Positions 10,036 to 21,833 of a stretch of DNA of 64,000 nucleotides are shown here, piece after piece. Each line of letters opens with the position of its first letter. Position 1 is the stretch's first letter. The DNA lies in contig CAXXVO010000012.1 of assembly GCA_963422645.2 (NCBI GenBank), positions 224,001 to 288,000 of the forward strand, given 5' to 3'. Both the position numbers and the translations under genes were made by a program. Under the pieces are notes generated by a model. It searched no databases. It saw only the letters and a list, made by a program, of their open reading frames with translations, and had not been told where the DNA came from. Source of the DNA: Alphaproteobacteria bacterium (GTDB lineage: Bacteria > Pseudomonadota > Alphaproteobacteria > UBA828).

Positions 10036-10303
10036 ACGGACCGCTGCATTCAAACGAGACTACGGACGCGAGAAGAAGGGCCGCTTCGCCAAGACCCTCG
10101 ACCTTGAGGTCAAGAACGTTGTAGCCGATTTGGCAGCCGATCGGCCCCTGCCGCGACGTCATCACGATCACGCGTTGACCGGGCCGTGGAAGGACCATCG
10201 CGACTGCCACGTTCGGCCCGATCTGGTCTTGATCTATCGCAAGCCGGATACCCACCATCTCGACCTTGTACGACTGGGCTCCCACAGCGAGCTCGGTCTC
10301 TGA
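10022..10303 (+). CDS. yafQ: YafQ family mRNA interferase toxin
   Basis: DHALTGPWKDHRDCHVRPDLVLIY...RLGSHSEL; overlaps dinJ. Confidence 0.92.
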   Translation: MRTIRRTAAFKRDYGREKKGRFAKTLDLEVKNVVADLAADRPLPRRHHDHALTGPWKDHRDCHVRPDLVLIYRKPDTHHLDLVRLGSHSELGL

Positions 10304-10431
10304 CCGGAGCGGTCTTCGGGTGCAACGAGTGCTCTCTCGATGGATCCGGTATTCGGGTGTTGGAGCAGGGCGCCGATGGTGGAGAGGGCGAGGCCCTTCG
10401 ACATCGCGAGGGCCTGTTATAATACTGCCCC

Positions 10432-11808
10432 ATGAACCTTCATCGAATGCTCGAGGAGCGCGCGCGGGCCGGCAAGCCGGTGCGCGTCGGACTGATCGGG
10501 GCCGGCAAGTTCGGCACCATGTTCCTGGCTCAGGCCAGGCGCACGCCCGGCCTCCACGTGATGGCGGTGGCCGACCTCGACCCCGCCCGCGCAGACGCCG
10601 CGCTCGCCCGCGCAGGCTGGTCGGAGGATGAGCGCCGCGCGCGCTCCTTCGCCCAGGCCATGCAGGGCGGCGGCACCCACGTCTGCGACGGCGCGCTCAC
10701 GCTGATCGGGGCGGAGGGCCTGGATGTCGTCATCGATGCGACCGGGCACCCGGCGGCGGGCATTGCCCATGCGCGCGCCTGCTTCGCCGCAGGACGCCAC
10801 GTGGTGATGGTCAACGTCGAGGCCGACGCGCTCGCCGGGCCGCTGCTCGCTAAGGAGGCGGCGGAGGCCGGCGTGGTCTACTCGCTCGCCTACGGCGACC
10901 AGCCGGCGTTGATCGCGGAGATGGTGGACTGGGCGCGGGCCTCGGGCCTCGAGGTCATCGCCGCCGGCAAGGGGACGCGCTACCAACCGGGCTTCCACCA
11001 CGTGACGCCCGACGATGTCTGGACCCACTACGGGCTCACGCCGGCGGAGGCCGAGGCCGGCGGCATGAACCCGCAGATGTTCAACTCATTCCTCGACGGC
11101 ACCAAGTCGGCGATCGAGATGGCCGCCGTCGCCAACGCGACCGGGCTCACGCCCGCGCCCGAGGGGCTCGGCTTCCCGCCTTGCGCGACCGACGAGCTGC
11201 CCTCCCTGCTCAGGCCGCGCGATGAGGGCGGCACATTGCACCACAAGGGCCAGGTCGAGGTGATCGCGAGCGAGAGGCGCGACGGCAGCGGGATCGACGC
11301 GCACCTGCGCTGGGGAGTCTATGCGGTGTTCGAGGCCGGCACGGACTATGTCGCAAACTGCTTCCGCGAATACGGGCTCTGCACCGATTCCACCGGGCGT
11401 TACGCCTCGATGTACAAGCCCTATCACCTGATCGGGCTGGAGCTCGGCATCTCGGTGGCCTCCGCCGCCCTGCGCGGCGAGCCCACCGGCGCGCCGACCG
11501 GGTTCCGCGCCGACGCGGTGGCCTGCACCAAGGCGCATCTGCAGGCCGGCACGCGGCTCGACGGGGAAGGGGGCTACACCGTCTACGGCCGGCTGATGCC
11601 GGCGGCCGCGAGCCTCGCCGGCGGCCACCTGCCCATCGGTCTCGCCCACGGCGTCAGGTTGACCCGCGCGGTCGAGCCCGACACGCCGCTCACCTGGGCC
11701 GATGTGAGCGCCGACGAGGACGATGCGGCGGCAGAGGCGGTGCGCACCCGGCGTGCGATGGAAGCGGCGTTCGCGCCGGATGGGCCCGGCGCGGCGGCGA
11801 GCGCCTGA
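10432..11808 (+). CDS. NAD(P)-dependent oxidoreductase with C-terminal SAF domain (homoserine dehydrogenase-like)
   Basis: GLIGAGKFG, NVEAD, YGDQP, NSFLDGTKSAIEM, LDGEGGYTVYG. Confidence 0.85.
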   Translation: MNLHRMLEERARAGKPVRVGLIGAGKFGTMFLAQARRTPGLHVMAVADLDPARADAALARAGWSEDERRARSFAQAMQGGGTHVCDGALTLIGAEGLDVVIDATGHPAAGIAHARACFAAGRHVVMVNVEADALAGPLLAKEAAEAGVVYSLAYGDQPALIAEMVDWARASGLEVIAAGKGTRYQPGFHHVTPDDVWTHYGLTPAEAEAGGMNPQMFNSFLDGTKSAIEMAAVANATGLTPAPEGLGFPPCATDELPSLLRPRDEGGTLHHKGQVEVIASERRDGSGIDAHLRWGVYAVFEAGTDYVANCFREYGLCTDSTGRYASMYKPYHLIGLELGISVASAALRGEPTGAPTGFRADAVACTKAHLQAGTRLDGEGGYTVYGRLMPAAASLAGGHLPIGLAHGVRLTRAVEPDTPLTWADVSADEDDAAAEAVRTRRAMEAAFAPDGPGAAASA

Positions 11809-11819
11809 GGGAGGAGAGC

Positions 11820-12644
11820 GTGCCCAGGCACCTTTCCGCCGAGGCCGTCGCCCAGTACGAGCGCGACGGCTTCTATTTCCCGATCCGGGTCATCCCGGCG
11901 GCGGAGGCGCGCGCGATTCGGAGCGATGTCGAGGCCGCCGAGCGTCACCTCGCGGCCCAGGGCGAGCGGTTGCGCCATCGTCCCCACCTGCTGGTGACCG
12001 CGCTCGACCGCCTGATCCGCAACGAGACGGTGCTGGATGCGGTGGAAGACCTGCTCGGTCCCAACCTGCTCTGCTGGACCTCGCTCTTCTTCACCAAGGA
12101 TGCGCACGACCCGGCCTTCGTCTCGATGCACCAGGACTCGACATACTGGGGCCTCAGCAGCCTCGAGGTGGCGACCGCCTGGATTGCGCTCTCGCCCAGC
12201 ACCGTGGAATCGGGTGCCATGCAGTTCGCGCCCGGCACCCACAAGCTCGACCAGATCGCCCACCGCGATACCTTCCAGGAGCACAACATGCTCACGCGCG
12301 GCCAGATCGTGGAGCACGAGGTGGACGAAGACGAGGCCGTCGATGTCGTGCTGCAGCCGGGCGAAGCCTCGCTGCACCACGTGCGCCTGATCCACGGCTC
12401 CGGCCCCAACAACTCCGACGACCGGCGCATCGGCTTCGCCATCCGCTACATCCCCACGCATGTGAGGAACGTGGTCGGGCGCGACTTTGCGGCGCTGGTG
12501 CGGGGCGTCGACGAGTACGGGTATTTTGATGCCGAGCGCCGGCCCGAGCGCGACCTGGAGCCCGAGGCGCTGGCGGCCTATGAGGCCGCGAACGCGAGCC
12601 ACAACGCCGTGCTCTACGCGGGCGCGGCACAGATGCGGGGCTGA
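11820..12644 (+). CDS. Phytanoyl-CoA dioxygenase (PhyH) family 2OG-Fe(II) oxygenase
   Basis: HQDSTYWG, WIAL, LHH..LIHGSGPN...RRIG. Confidence 0.88.
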   Translation: MPRHLSAEAVAQYERDGFYFPIRVIPAAEARAIRSDVEAAERHLAAQGERLRHRPHLLVTALDRLIRNETVLDAVEDLLGPNLLCWTSLFFTKDAHDPAFVSMHQDSTYWGLSSLEVATAWIALSPSTVESGAMQFAPGTHKLDQIAHRDTFQEHNMLTRGQIVEHEVDEDEAVDVVLQPGEASLHHVRLIHGSGPNNSDDRRIGFAIRYIPTHVRNVVGRDFAALVRGVDEYGYFDAERRPERDLEPEALAAYEAANASHNAVLYAGAAQMRG

Positions 12645-12902
12645 TCTGCGGCCCGCTTCGGCCCCTTCTCCTCCGCGTACCGTGGCGCGATGCACAGCAC
12701 GCGGTGACCCCAGATTGAGGGGGACGAGCGTCGGCGTCGCGGCTGCCGGCTTGCCCGGGGCATCCCACTCGTCCCGCTCAATCCCGGCGAATCCCGCCAA
12801 AAAATTTCTCCGGGCGGACTTGCCAGGGAGCGACGATGGATGGCGAAGCCGCGCCGCATTGCGCTTTGCCGCCGCCCTTGGCCGGAGGGAGACCGTAGAG
12901 CG

Positions 12903-14936
12903 ATGAAGGGCCGCTCTCTGCTCTGGACGCCCCTTCGCCTCGGCCGAATCGAGCTTCGCAACCGCTTCGTGCTGCTGGCCCACTGGAACGGGCTCGACGC
13001 GCCGGACGGGACGCCGACGGAGGACCTCGCCGCCTACTACGAAGCGCGGGCCAGGGGCGGAGTCGGGCTCATCGTGACCGGCAGCCACGCCATGCATCCC
13101 TCCGGCCAGATGAGCCCGAATTACGGCCGGGCGTGGGATCGAGACGCTATTCCCGCATACCGGCGGATCGTCGATGCGGTGCATCCCCATGGCGCGCACG
13201 TCTTCGCCCAGCTCAGCCATGCCGGGCACACCAGCCTCGAACACCCGCCGAAGGAGCTCTGGGCGCCCACCCAGATGCCCGAGCCCTATTCGCGCTACAA
13301 CACGGTCGAGATGGGGCCGGCGGAGATCGAGGCGGTGATCGAGGGCTTCGCGGCGTCGGCGGTCAACATGCGCGACGCCGGTTACGACGGGGTCGAGATC
13401 AAGCTCGGCCACGACGGGCTGCTGCGCAGCTTCGTCTCGCCCTTCTTCAACCGCAGAGAGGACGCCTACGGCGGCTCCTTCGAGAAGCGCATGCGCCTCC
13501 CCCTCGAAGTGCTGGCGGCGGTGCGGGAGGCGGTCGGCCCCGACTGGCCCGTCTCGGTCCGCCTCTGCCTGCACGAGTACACCCCCTTCGGCTACGACCT
13601 CGACTACGGCCTCGAGATCGGCCGCGCTCTTGCTGCAAGCGGGCACGTGGATCTCTTCTGCTCCGACGCGGGAACCTTCAGCAGCTTCTGGATGGAGATT
13701 CCGCCCTCGGCGGTGCCGCAGCTTGTCTTCAACGACCTGAACGCCGCGCTCAAGCGCGCGACTCCGATACCGGTGGTCGCCTTCGGCCGGATCAAGAACC
13801 CCGTGGACGCGGAAGGGATTCTCCAACAGGGCGATGCCGACCTCATCGGCATGGCGCGCCAGCTCATTGCGGACCCGGAGCTGCCCAACAAGGTCCGGGA
13901 TGGCCGGCTCGGCGAGGTGCGGCCCTGCATTGCCGGCAACGTCTGCCTCCATCAGATCGATCAGAGGGACCCGATCCGCTGCGCGTTGAACCCTGCGGCC
14001 GGGCAGGAACGCAGGCTGGGCGCGCTCGCGCCCGCCGCTCTGCCCCGTCACGTGGCGGTGGCCGGGGGCGGCCCGGCCGGGCTGAGCGCTGCGGTGACCT
14101 TGGCGCGGCGCGGCCATCGGGTCACCCTCTTCGAACGTGAGAACGAGCCGGGCGGCCTCATCCGGCTCGCAGCACGCCAGCCGCTGCACGCCGAGATTGG
14201 CGAATCGGTCGAGCATCTTGCCTCGGAGGCGGCGCGCGTCGGGGTCGATATCCGGCTGGGGGCGAGGGCGGGCGTGGATACGATCGAGGCGCTCGGCCCC
14301 GACGCGGTGATCGTCGCCACCGGCTCACGCCCCTACCTCCCGGGGCGCGATGCCCCTGACGGACCGAGCCCGCCCATTGCGGCGGAGGGCATGTGGGCGT
14401 CGATGGGCGGGTTCGTCCCGGGCCTCGCCGACGATCCCAGGGTGGTCTCGGTCGACGACGTGATGTCCGGACGAATCGAAGCGGGGAAGAGCGTCGTCGT
14501 CCTCGACCGCAACGCCCACTGGGAGGCGTGCGGCACCGCCGAGTTCCTGCTGGAGGCAGGCCGGCGGGTCGAGTTCGTGACGCCTCTCGGGGCGGCCGGC
14601 GTGGACCTCGAACCGGGCAACGCCCCGCTCTTCTACCAGCGCGTCCGCCCGCAGGGGCTTCGCATCACGGTGCACGCGGACATCTGCTCGATAGGGCCGG
14701 AGGGCGTGGTCGTCGTCGACGTCCACACCAACGAGGAGCGGACTCTCCGCGATGTCGATACGATCGTGCTCGCCATCGGGCGCCGATCGAACGATGCGCT
14801 CTACTGGGCGTTGCGGGAGCGGCTGCCCACCTTCCGCATCGGAGATTGCCGCGCGCCGCGCCTTCTCGATAACGCGATCCGCGACGGCGACGCCATCGGG
14901 CGCGAGCTCGATGCGCGGCTCGGCGAAGCCGGATGA
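12903..14936 (+). CDS. FadH/old-yellow-enzyme family FMN/FAD oxidoreductase
   Basis: RARGGVGLI, QLSHAG, NRREDAYGGS, RPCIAGNVC, GGGPAG, IGDC.APR. Confidence 0.9.
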   Translation: MKGRSLLWTPLRLGRIELRNRFVLLAHWNGLDAPDGTPTEDLAAYYEARARGGVGLIVTGSHAMHPSGQMSPNYGRAWDRDAIPAYRRIVDAVHPHGAHVFAQLSHAGHTSLEHPPKELWAPTQMPEPYSRYNTVEMGPAEIEAVIEGFAASAVNMRDAGYDGVEIKLGHDGLLRSFVSPFFNRREDAYGGSFEKRMRLPLEVLAAVREAVGPDWPVSVRLCLHEYTPFGYDLDYGLEIGRALAASGHVDLFCSDAGTFSSFWMEIPPSAVPQLVFNDLNAALKRATPIPVVAFGRIKNPVDAEGILQQGDADLIGMARQLIADPELPNKVRDGRLGEVRPCIAGNVCLHQIDQRDPIRCALNPAAGQERRLGALAPAALPRHVAVAGGGPAGLSAAVTLARRGHRVTLFERENEPGGLIRLAARQPLHAEIGESVEHLASEAARVGVDIRLGARAGVDTIEALGPDAVIVATGSRPYLPGRDAPDGPSPPIAAEGMWASMGGFVPGLADDPRVVSVDDVMSGRIEAGKSVVVLDRNAHWEACGTAEFLLEAGRRVEFVTPLGAAGVDLEPGNAPLFYQRVRPQGLRITVHADICSIGPEGVVVVDVHTNEERTLRDVDTIVLAIGRRSNDALYWALRERLPTFRIGDCRAPRLLDNAIRDGDAIGRELDARLGEAG

Positions 14937-14979
14937 CGACGACCGCGATTTGGGTGAGCGCACCCAGACGGAGGATTCC

Positions 14980-16392
14980 ATGACGGACTTGTCCCTCGCC
15001 TACACGTCAGCGACGACGCTTGCCGGACTGATCGGGGAGAAGAAGGTCTCGCCCGTCGAGGTGGTGCAGAACAGCCTCGCACGCATCGAGGAGGTGAAGG
15101 GCGCCCTCAACGCCTTCTGCTTCACCTATCCGGAAGAGGCGCTGGCTCCGGCGCGGGAGGCCGAACGGGCTGTCATGGCAGGAGAGCCGCTTGGGCCGCT
15201 GCACGGCGTGCCGATCGCCATCAAGGATCTGACGCCGACCAAGGGGAAGCGAACCACGCTCGGCTCCAAGATCTATGAGAACTGGGTGCCGGAGTTCGAC
15301 GTGCCCATCGTCGAGCGCCTGCGCGCCGCTGGCAGCATCCTGGTGGGCAAGACCGCGACGCCCGAGTTCGCCTATGCCGGCTTTTGCAAGAGCGCGCTCT
15401 GGGGCGACACCAACAATCCCTGGGATACGACGCGCTCGCCGGGGGGCTCGTCCGGCGGATCGGGGGCGGCGGTCGCGGCCGGCTGTGTGCCGCTCGCCGA
15501 GGGCACCGACGCGGGCGGCTCGGTCCGCATCCCGGCGGCCTTCTGCGGCACCGTCGGACTGAAACCGACCTTCGGGCGTATCCCGCTCCAGATGCTGCCG
15601 ACCGCGTTCGACGATCTTCTTCACTTCGGCCCGCTCGCGCGGACGGTTGCGGACGCTGCGCTCTTCCTCAGCGTCACCCAGGGTCCCGACGACCGCGATT
15701 TTCTGTCGTTGCCACAAGGCCCCGCGATCCGGGTTCCTCCGCCCTCGGATATCCGAGGCCTCAAGCTCGCGGTGAATTACGACTTCGGCTTCTACGCCAT
15801 CGACGACGACGTGCGCGCTCAGACCCGGGAGGCCGCCCGCGCGCTCGAAGACGCCGGCGCCACGGTGGAGGAGGTGGAGATCGCTTGGACCCGCGACGTC
15901 ATCGATCGCTGGGTCGAGCACTGGGGCGTGCTGCAAGCTGCGTGCTTCGGCCAGCATCTCGGGGAGTGGCGCGATCAGATGGACCCGGTGCTCGTCGCCT
16001 ACATGGACAGGGGCCTCGCCATGGGCGCGGTCGACTTCAAGACTATCGAGATCTTCCGCACGCAGATGTGGGAGGACCTGCGGCCGATCTTTGCCGCGTA
16101 CGACGCGCTGCTGACGCCCACCTGCGCGCAGCCGCCCCCGCCGAACGACACGCTCGATCCGGACTACTACCGTGTCGACGAGCAGGGGCGCTTCTGCGGG
16201 CTCTACATGACCTACCCCTTCAACTTCCTGCACCAGTGCCCGGCGCTCGCGGTGCCCTCCGGCGTCACGCAGTCGGGGCTGCCGACGAGCCTGCAGATCG
16301 TCGGCCGGCGCCACGACGACAACGGCGTGCTCAGGATCGGGGCCGCGCTCGAGGCGATCCGTCCCTGGGCCCAGCGCACGCCGCGGCTGTAG
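14980..16392 (+). CDS. Amidase signature family protein
   Basis: GVPIAIKD, PGGSSGGSGAAV, GTDAGGSVRIPA; GGAGG RBS before MTDLS. Confidence 0.92.
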   Translation: MTDLSLAYTSATTLAGLIGEKKVSPVEVVQNSLARIEEVKGALNAFCFTYPEEALAPAREAERAVMAGEPLGPLHGVPIAIKDLTPTKGKRTTLGSKIYENWVPEFDVPIVERLRAAGSILVGKTATPEFAYAGFCKSALWGDTNNPWDTTRSPGGSSGGSGAAVAAGCVPLAEGTDAGGSVRIPAAFCGTVGLKPTFGRIPLQMLPTAFDDLLHFGPLARTVADAALFLSVTQGPDDRDFLSLPQGPAIRVPPPSDIRGLKLAVNYDFGFYAIDDDVRAQTREAARALEDAGATVEEVEIAWTRDVIDRWVEHWGVLQAACFGQHLGEWRDQMDPVLVAYMDRGLAMGAVDFKTIEIFRTQMWEDLRPIFAAYDALLTPTCAQPPPPNDTLDPDYYRVDEQGRFCGLYMTYPFNFLHQCPALAVPSGVTQSGLPTSLQIVGRRHDDNGVLRIGAALEAIRPWAQRTPRL

Positions 16393-16487
16393 TCCTCCGG
16401 GCCTCGATGAGCGGACGCGCCCGCATTGCGCTTTGACGCAGCCTTGGGCATAAACGCGGCGCGTTCGTTGGGAGCGAGGCGACGGTC

Positions 16488-17804
16488 ATGCGGCGCTCAC
16501 GTTACTTCTTGCCGACTCTGAGAGAGAACCCGGCCGAGGCGCAGATCGTCTCGCACCGGCTGATGCTGCGCGCGGGCATGATCCGGCAATCGAGCGCCGG
16601 CATCTACAGCTGGCTGCCGCTCGGCCACCGGGTGCTGCGCAAGATCGAGCAGGTGGTGCGCGAGGAAATGGACGCCGCCGGCTGCCAGGAGATCCTGATG
16701 CCGGCGGTGCAGCCGGCCGAGCTCTGGGAGGAGAGCGGCCGCTACCACGATTACGGCAAGGAGATGCTGCGCTTCACCGACCGGCACGAGCGCCCGATGC
16801 TCTTCGGCCCCACCCATGAAGAGGTCGTGACCGATATCTTCCGGAGCTCCGTGCGCAGCTACCGCGACCTGCCGCAGAACCTCTATCAGATTCAGTGGAA
16901 GTTTCGGGACGAGCTGCGCCCGCGCTTCGGCATCATGCGGGGCCGCGAGTTCTACATGAAGGACAACTATTCCTTCGACTTGGACCATGCCGGCGCCGTG
17001 CGCTCCTACAACAAGATGTTCGTGGCCTACCTGCGCACCTTCGCCCGGCTCGGGCTCACCTCGATCCCGATGCAGGCGGAGAGCGGGGCCATCGGCGGCG
17101 ACTACAGCCACGAGTTCATCGTGTTGGCGGATACCGGCGAGAGCGCCGTCTTTTGCGATCGCGCCTGGCTCGACACCGACCCGCTCGCGCTGGGGATCGA
17201 CTACGAGGCCGAGCTTCAGCCGATCGTGGACGAGTGGACCCGGCTCTACGCCGCTACCGACGACAAGCACGACCCCGCCGCCTGCCCGGTGCCGGAGGAT
17301 GCGCTCTACCAGGGGCGGGGCATCGAGGTCGGCCACATCTTCTACTTCGGCACCAAGTACTCGAAGGCCATGGGCGCCACGGTGAACGACCCGGACGGCG
17401 CCGAGGTCGCGGTGGAGATGGGCTCCTACGGGATCGGCGTCTCGCGCCTTGCGGGCGCGATCATCGAGGCGAGCCACGACGAGGCCGGTATCATCTGGCC
17501 CGAGGTCGCGGCCCCCTTCAAGGTGGGCCTGATCAACCTGCGCGTGGGCGATGCGGGATGCGACGAGGCCTGCGAAGCGCTCTACAGGCAGCTCGTCGAG
17601 GCGGGAGTCGAGGTGCTCTACGACGACCGGGACGAGCGCGCGGGCGTCAAGTTCGCCGAGATGGAGCTGATCGGGCTGCCCTGGCAGGTCGCGATCGGCC
17701 CGCGCGGCGTCAAGTCGGGCACGGCGGAGTTGAAGGCGCGGGCCGGCGGCGAGGCCGAGGCGCTCTCGTTCGAGTCGGTGTCGGCACGCCTGATAGAAGG
17801 CTAG
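16488..17804 (+). CDS. proS: Proline--tRNA ligase (short alphaproteobacterial type)
   Basis: [46 protein letters not shown]. Confidence 0.97.
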   Translation: MRRSRYFLPTLRENPAEAQIVSHRLMLRAGMIRQSSAGIYSWLPLGHRVLRKIEQVVREEMDAAGCQEILMPAVQPAELWEESGRYHDYGKEMLRFTDRHERPMLFGPTHEEVVTDIFRSSVRSYRDLPQNLYQIQWKFRDELRPRFGIMRGREFYMKDNYSFDLDHAGAVRSYNKMFVAYLRTFARLGLTSIPMQAESGAIGGDYSHEFIVLADTGESAVFCDRAWLDTDPLALGIDYEAELQPIVDEWTRLYAATDDKHDPAACPVPEDALYQGRGIEVGHIFYFGTKYSKAMGATVNDPDGAEVAVEMGSYGIGVSRLAGAIIEASHDEAGIIWPEVAAPFKVGLINLRVGDAGCDEACEALYRQLVEAGVEVLYDDRDERAGVKFAEMELIGLPWQVAIGPRGVKSGTAELKARAGGEAEALSFESVSARLIEG

Positions 17805-17816
17805 CGACCGACACGC

Positions 17817-19053
17817 ATGTTCTCAGCCTTCGAACGCCTCGTCGCGTTTCGCTACCTGCGCGCCCGCCGGCAGGAAGGTCTCGTCTCGGTCATCGCGGCG
17901 TTCTCGCTGATCGGCATATTCCTGGGCGTCGCCACGCTCATCATCGTCATGTCGGTGATGAACGGCTTTCGCGAGGAGCTGCTGACCCGGATTCTCGGTC
18001 TTAACGGCCACATGACGACCTATGCCTTCGAGGACGGCTTCACCGACTTCGATGCGCTCGCGGGACGCATCCAAGGGGTGGATGGCATCGTCACCGTCTC
18101 GCCCATCGTCACCGGGCAGGTGATCGCAGCGGCGAACGGCAGGGCCACCTTCGGCCAGGTGCGGGGCGTGCGCGAGGCCCACCTGGAGGCGCGGCCCTTG
18201 CTGATGGAGAACGTGGTCGGGGGCACGCTCGACGATTTTGCCGCCGGGGAAGGCGTCGTGATCGGCAACCGCATGGCCCGCAAGCTCGGCGTCAGCGTCG
18301 GCGATTCGATCACGCTGCTCTCGCCGGAAGGCCGGACCACCCTGATGGGGTCGGTGCCGCGCTCGCGCGCTTACGCCGTGGCGGCGACCTTCGACATCGG
18401 CATGTTCGAGTACGACTCCACCTTCGTCTTCATGCCGCTCGACCTGGCTCAGATCTATTTCAGGAAGAAGGGCGCGGTCACCGCCATTGAAATGACAGTC
18501 GCAGACCCCGAGCGCATACGTGAGGTCGAGTCCGCGGTCAAGCAGGTCGTGGGCAGCCAGGGCTGGATCGTGGACTGGCGGCGAGCCAACGCGCAGTTCG
18601 TCAACGCGCTCCAGGTCGAGCGCAACGTCATGTTCGTGATCCTGACCCTGATCGTGCTGGTGGCCGCCTTCAACATCATCGCCGGGCTGATCATGGTGGT
18701 GAAGGACAAGGGCCGCGACATCGCGATCCTGCGAACCATGGGGGCGACGCGCGGGCAGATTCTGCGCATCTTCTTCATGAACGGCGCGGCGATCGGGGTG
18801 GCGGGCACCGTGCTGGGCGTGGGCGGCGGCATCGCCTTCGCCGCCAACATCGATACCATCCGCGTCTGGCTGGAGGGCTTGACCGACACGGCGCTGTTCC
18901 CGGCCGAGATTAGATTCCTCTCCCAGCTCCCGTCGCGGACCGATCCGACCGAGGTGGTGATCGTGGCGGCGATGGCAATCGGCCTCTCGTTCCTGGCGAC
19001 GATCTATCCCGCGTGGCGGGCGGCGCGGCTCGATCCGGTGGAGGCGCTCCGCT

Positions 19054-19061
<8 letters not shown>
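17817..19061 (+). CDS. lolE: Lipoprotein-releasing ABC permease LolC/E
   Basis: VMSVMNGF, AAFNII, DIAILRTMGA, PAWRAARLDPVEALRYE; synteny with proS. Confidence 0.93.
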
Positions 19062-19752
<691 letters not shown>

Positions 19753-19756
19753 ACCG

Positions 19757-20482
19757 ATGACCTCAGATCCAAGTACCGCGCCCGTGCTGCTCGTGACCCA
19801 CGTCACGGCCTTCGACGTCGGTGCGATCCCGGACCTGCTCGCCGACCGCGGGCAGCCGTCGCGGGTCATGCGGGCCAACAAGGGCGAACCCTTTCCGCAG
19901 GATGTCGAATCGCTTGGCGGCTTGGTCAGCTTCGGGGGACCGCAGAGCGCGAACGACGATCACATCGACTACGTGCGCGCCGAGCTCAATTGGATGCCGC
20001 GCGTGATGGCGGCCGGTGTGCCCCTGCTCGGCATCTGCCTCGGGGGCCAGATGGTGGCGCGTACCCTGGGTGCCGCGGTGGGGCCAGACCCGAACGGGCT
20101 CTACGAGTTCGGTTACTACCCGATCGAGCCGGTGGACGGTGCGGCCGAAGAGCTGGCCCTCGACGGGACGCTCAACGTGGCGCACCGCCATGGCGAGGCG
20201 TTCACGATCCCCGCCGGCGCGCGCAGGCTCGCGCGGCGCGACTTGTTCGAGAACCAGGCATTTCGCTACGGGGCGACGACCTGGGGCGTGCAGTTCCATC
20301 CCGAGGTCAACGACACGGTGCTGGGGCGCTGGCTCGACTGCGATCCGCCGCCAGAAGACCTGGAACGCAGCGGCGCGCAGACGGTGGCGGTGCAGCACGC
20401 CAATCACGCGCGCCATCACCGGGCGATGCACGACTGGCTCGGGCGCTTCCTCGCGCTTTGGCTCGCCAGTGCGGAGCGCTGA
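19757..20482 (+). CDS. Class I glutamine amidotransferase-like protein
   Basis: GGPQSAND, GICLGGQ, GVQFHPE. Confidence 0.88.
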   Translation: MTSDPSTAPVLLVTHVTAFDVGAIPDLLADRGQPSRVMRANKGEPFPQDVESLGGLVSFGGPQSANDDHIDYVRAELNWMPRVMAAGVPLLGICLGGQMVARTLGAAVGPDPNGLYEFGYYPIEPVDGAAEELALDGTLNVAHRHGEAFTIPAGARRLARRDLFENQAFRYGATTWGVQFHPEVNDTVLGRWLDCDPPPEDLERSGAQTVAVQHANHARHHRAMHDWLGRFLALWLASAER

Positions 20483-20483
20483 C

Positions 20484-21077
20484 ATGGTCAAGAGCCTGAT
20501 CGTCGGCGTGACCGGCGCGAGCGGCGCCGTCTACGGCGTGCGCCTGCTCGAGGTGCTGCGCGAGACACCGGTCGAGACCCACCTCGTGGTCAGCAAATGG
20601 GGGCAGAGAACGCTGGAGCACGAGACCGGCCGAAGGCTCGAGGACCTGCGCGCGCTCGCGGATCACCACTACGGCGCGGGCGACATGGCTGCCCTGATGT
20701 CGTCGGGCTCGGCGGCCATCGACGGCATGGTGATCGCGCCCTGCTCGGCAAGGAGCCTCGCGGCGATCGCCTGCGGGCTGAGCGAGAATCTGATTCATCG
20801 GGCCGCCGACGTCATAATCAAGGAGCGCCGGCCGCTTGTGCTCATGGTGCGGGAGACACCGCTCAGCGCCATCCACCTGGAGAACATGCTCAAGCTGGCG
20901 CGGCTCGGGGTGACGATCCAGCCCCCCGTTCCCGCCTTCTACAACGAGCCGGGATCGATCGACGAGATCGTCGACTATACTGTCGCCAGGGCGTTGGATC
21001 AGTTCGGGCTCAAGCTCGATCTGGGCGAGCGCTGGCGTGGCGAGCTTGCGCGCAGCGTCGTTTCGTCCGAGGGCTGA
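20484..21077 (+). CDS. ubiX: Flavin prenyltransferase UbiX
   Basis: GVTGASGA.YG, SSGS, IAPCS, RAADV..KERR.LVL..RETPL, PAFY. Confidence 0.93.
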   Translation: MVKSLIVGVTGASGAVYGVRLLEVLRETPVETHLVVSKWGQRTLEHETGRRLEDLRALADHHYGAGDMAALMSSGSAAIDGMVIAPCSARSLAAIACGLSENLIHRAADVIIKERRPLVLMVRETPLSAIHLENMLKLARLGVTIQPPVPAFYNEPGSIDEIVDYTVARALDQFGLKLDLGERWRGELARSVVSSEG

Positions 21078-21111
21078 TGCAGGTTGGGGCCGGCTTGGCC
21101 GGGCCTCGAGA

Positions 21112-21780
21112 TCAGAACGTGTGGGCTGCCGCGATTGCGATGGCCCGTTCGATATCGGCGATGGCGCCGGCCATCTCGCGCCCGATCAGGTCCATCTTGC
21201 GGACTTGCTCGATGCGGGGCTCGACCCGGTCGATCTCCCGCTTCGAGTAGATCGTCCGCAGGATGTTGCAGCTATCGACGAGACAGATCAGGGCGACATC
21301 ACGCGGGTCGGGAATCTCGTCCGAGAACAGCACGTCCGAGATTCGTTTCTTCGCCTCCTGCTCAATCTTGCCGTCGAAGGTCGGATAGCGGCGGGAGCGA
21401 AACACCCAAAGAAACTTTTCTTTCTGGCGCTGCAAGACACCGCGTTCCACCAGCTTTTCGAGCGCGGTCGCCCGAATTGTCACGTCGTGGCTGGCGGATG
21501 CCTCCTCGGCGGAGAGAGTCTCGATCCAGGCCCTGCTGTCGGCGACGCCTTTCTCGCCCGCGATCCGGGCCAGGGTGCGGTCGAGCAGGGAATCGCCCGT
21601 CGGGTCGGAATTGATGACCACCAGCTGCTCGGGGTCGGTATCGATCCGGTTCGCGAACGCCAGGTCCATGAGGACCGCACCCGTGAGCGCGCGGTTGAGC
21701 GTGTGCTCGCTCACCGGCAGGAAGGTGCCGTTCTCGTCATGGAGAAGGAGCACCATGATTTCTTCGTAGAATGTCAGCAT
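21112..21780 (-). CDS. GOLPH3/VPS74 (GPP34) family protein
   Basis: LTFYEEIMVLLLHD, GAVLMDLA..NRI, PTGDSLLD, LVERGVL....KFLWVF...RYP. Confidence 0.8.
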   Translation of the reverse strand: MLTFYEEIMVLLLHDENGTFLPVSEHTLNRALTGAVLMDLAFANRIDTDPEQLVVINSDPTGDSLLDRTLARIAGEKGVADSRAWIETLSAEEASASHDVTIRATALEKLVERGVLQRQKEKFLWVFRSRRYPTFDGKIEQEAKKRISDVLFSDEIPDPRDVALICLVDSCNILRTIYSKREIDRVEPRIEQVRKMDLIGREMAGAIADIERAIAIAAAHTF

Positions 21781-21833
21781 GAAACCGTTTCCCGAGGGTC
21801 AGGGTGAGGGCCGGCGGCTCGGGGAGCCGCGCC

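Noticed and set aside
11583-14216. 877-aa minus-strand ORF and similar long antisense ORFs (25638-27734, 29020-31305, 35317-37023)
   Set aside because: Shadow ORFs opposite well-supported genes in high-GC DNA, with no motifs
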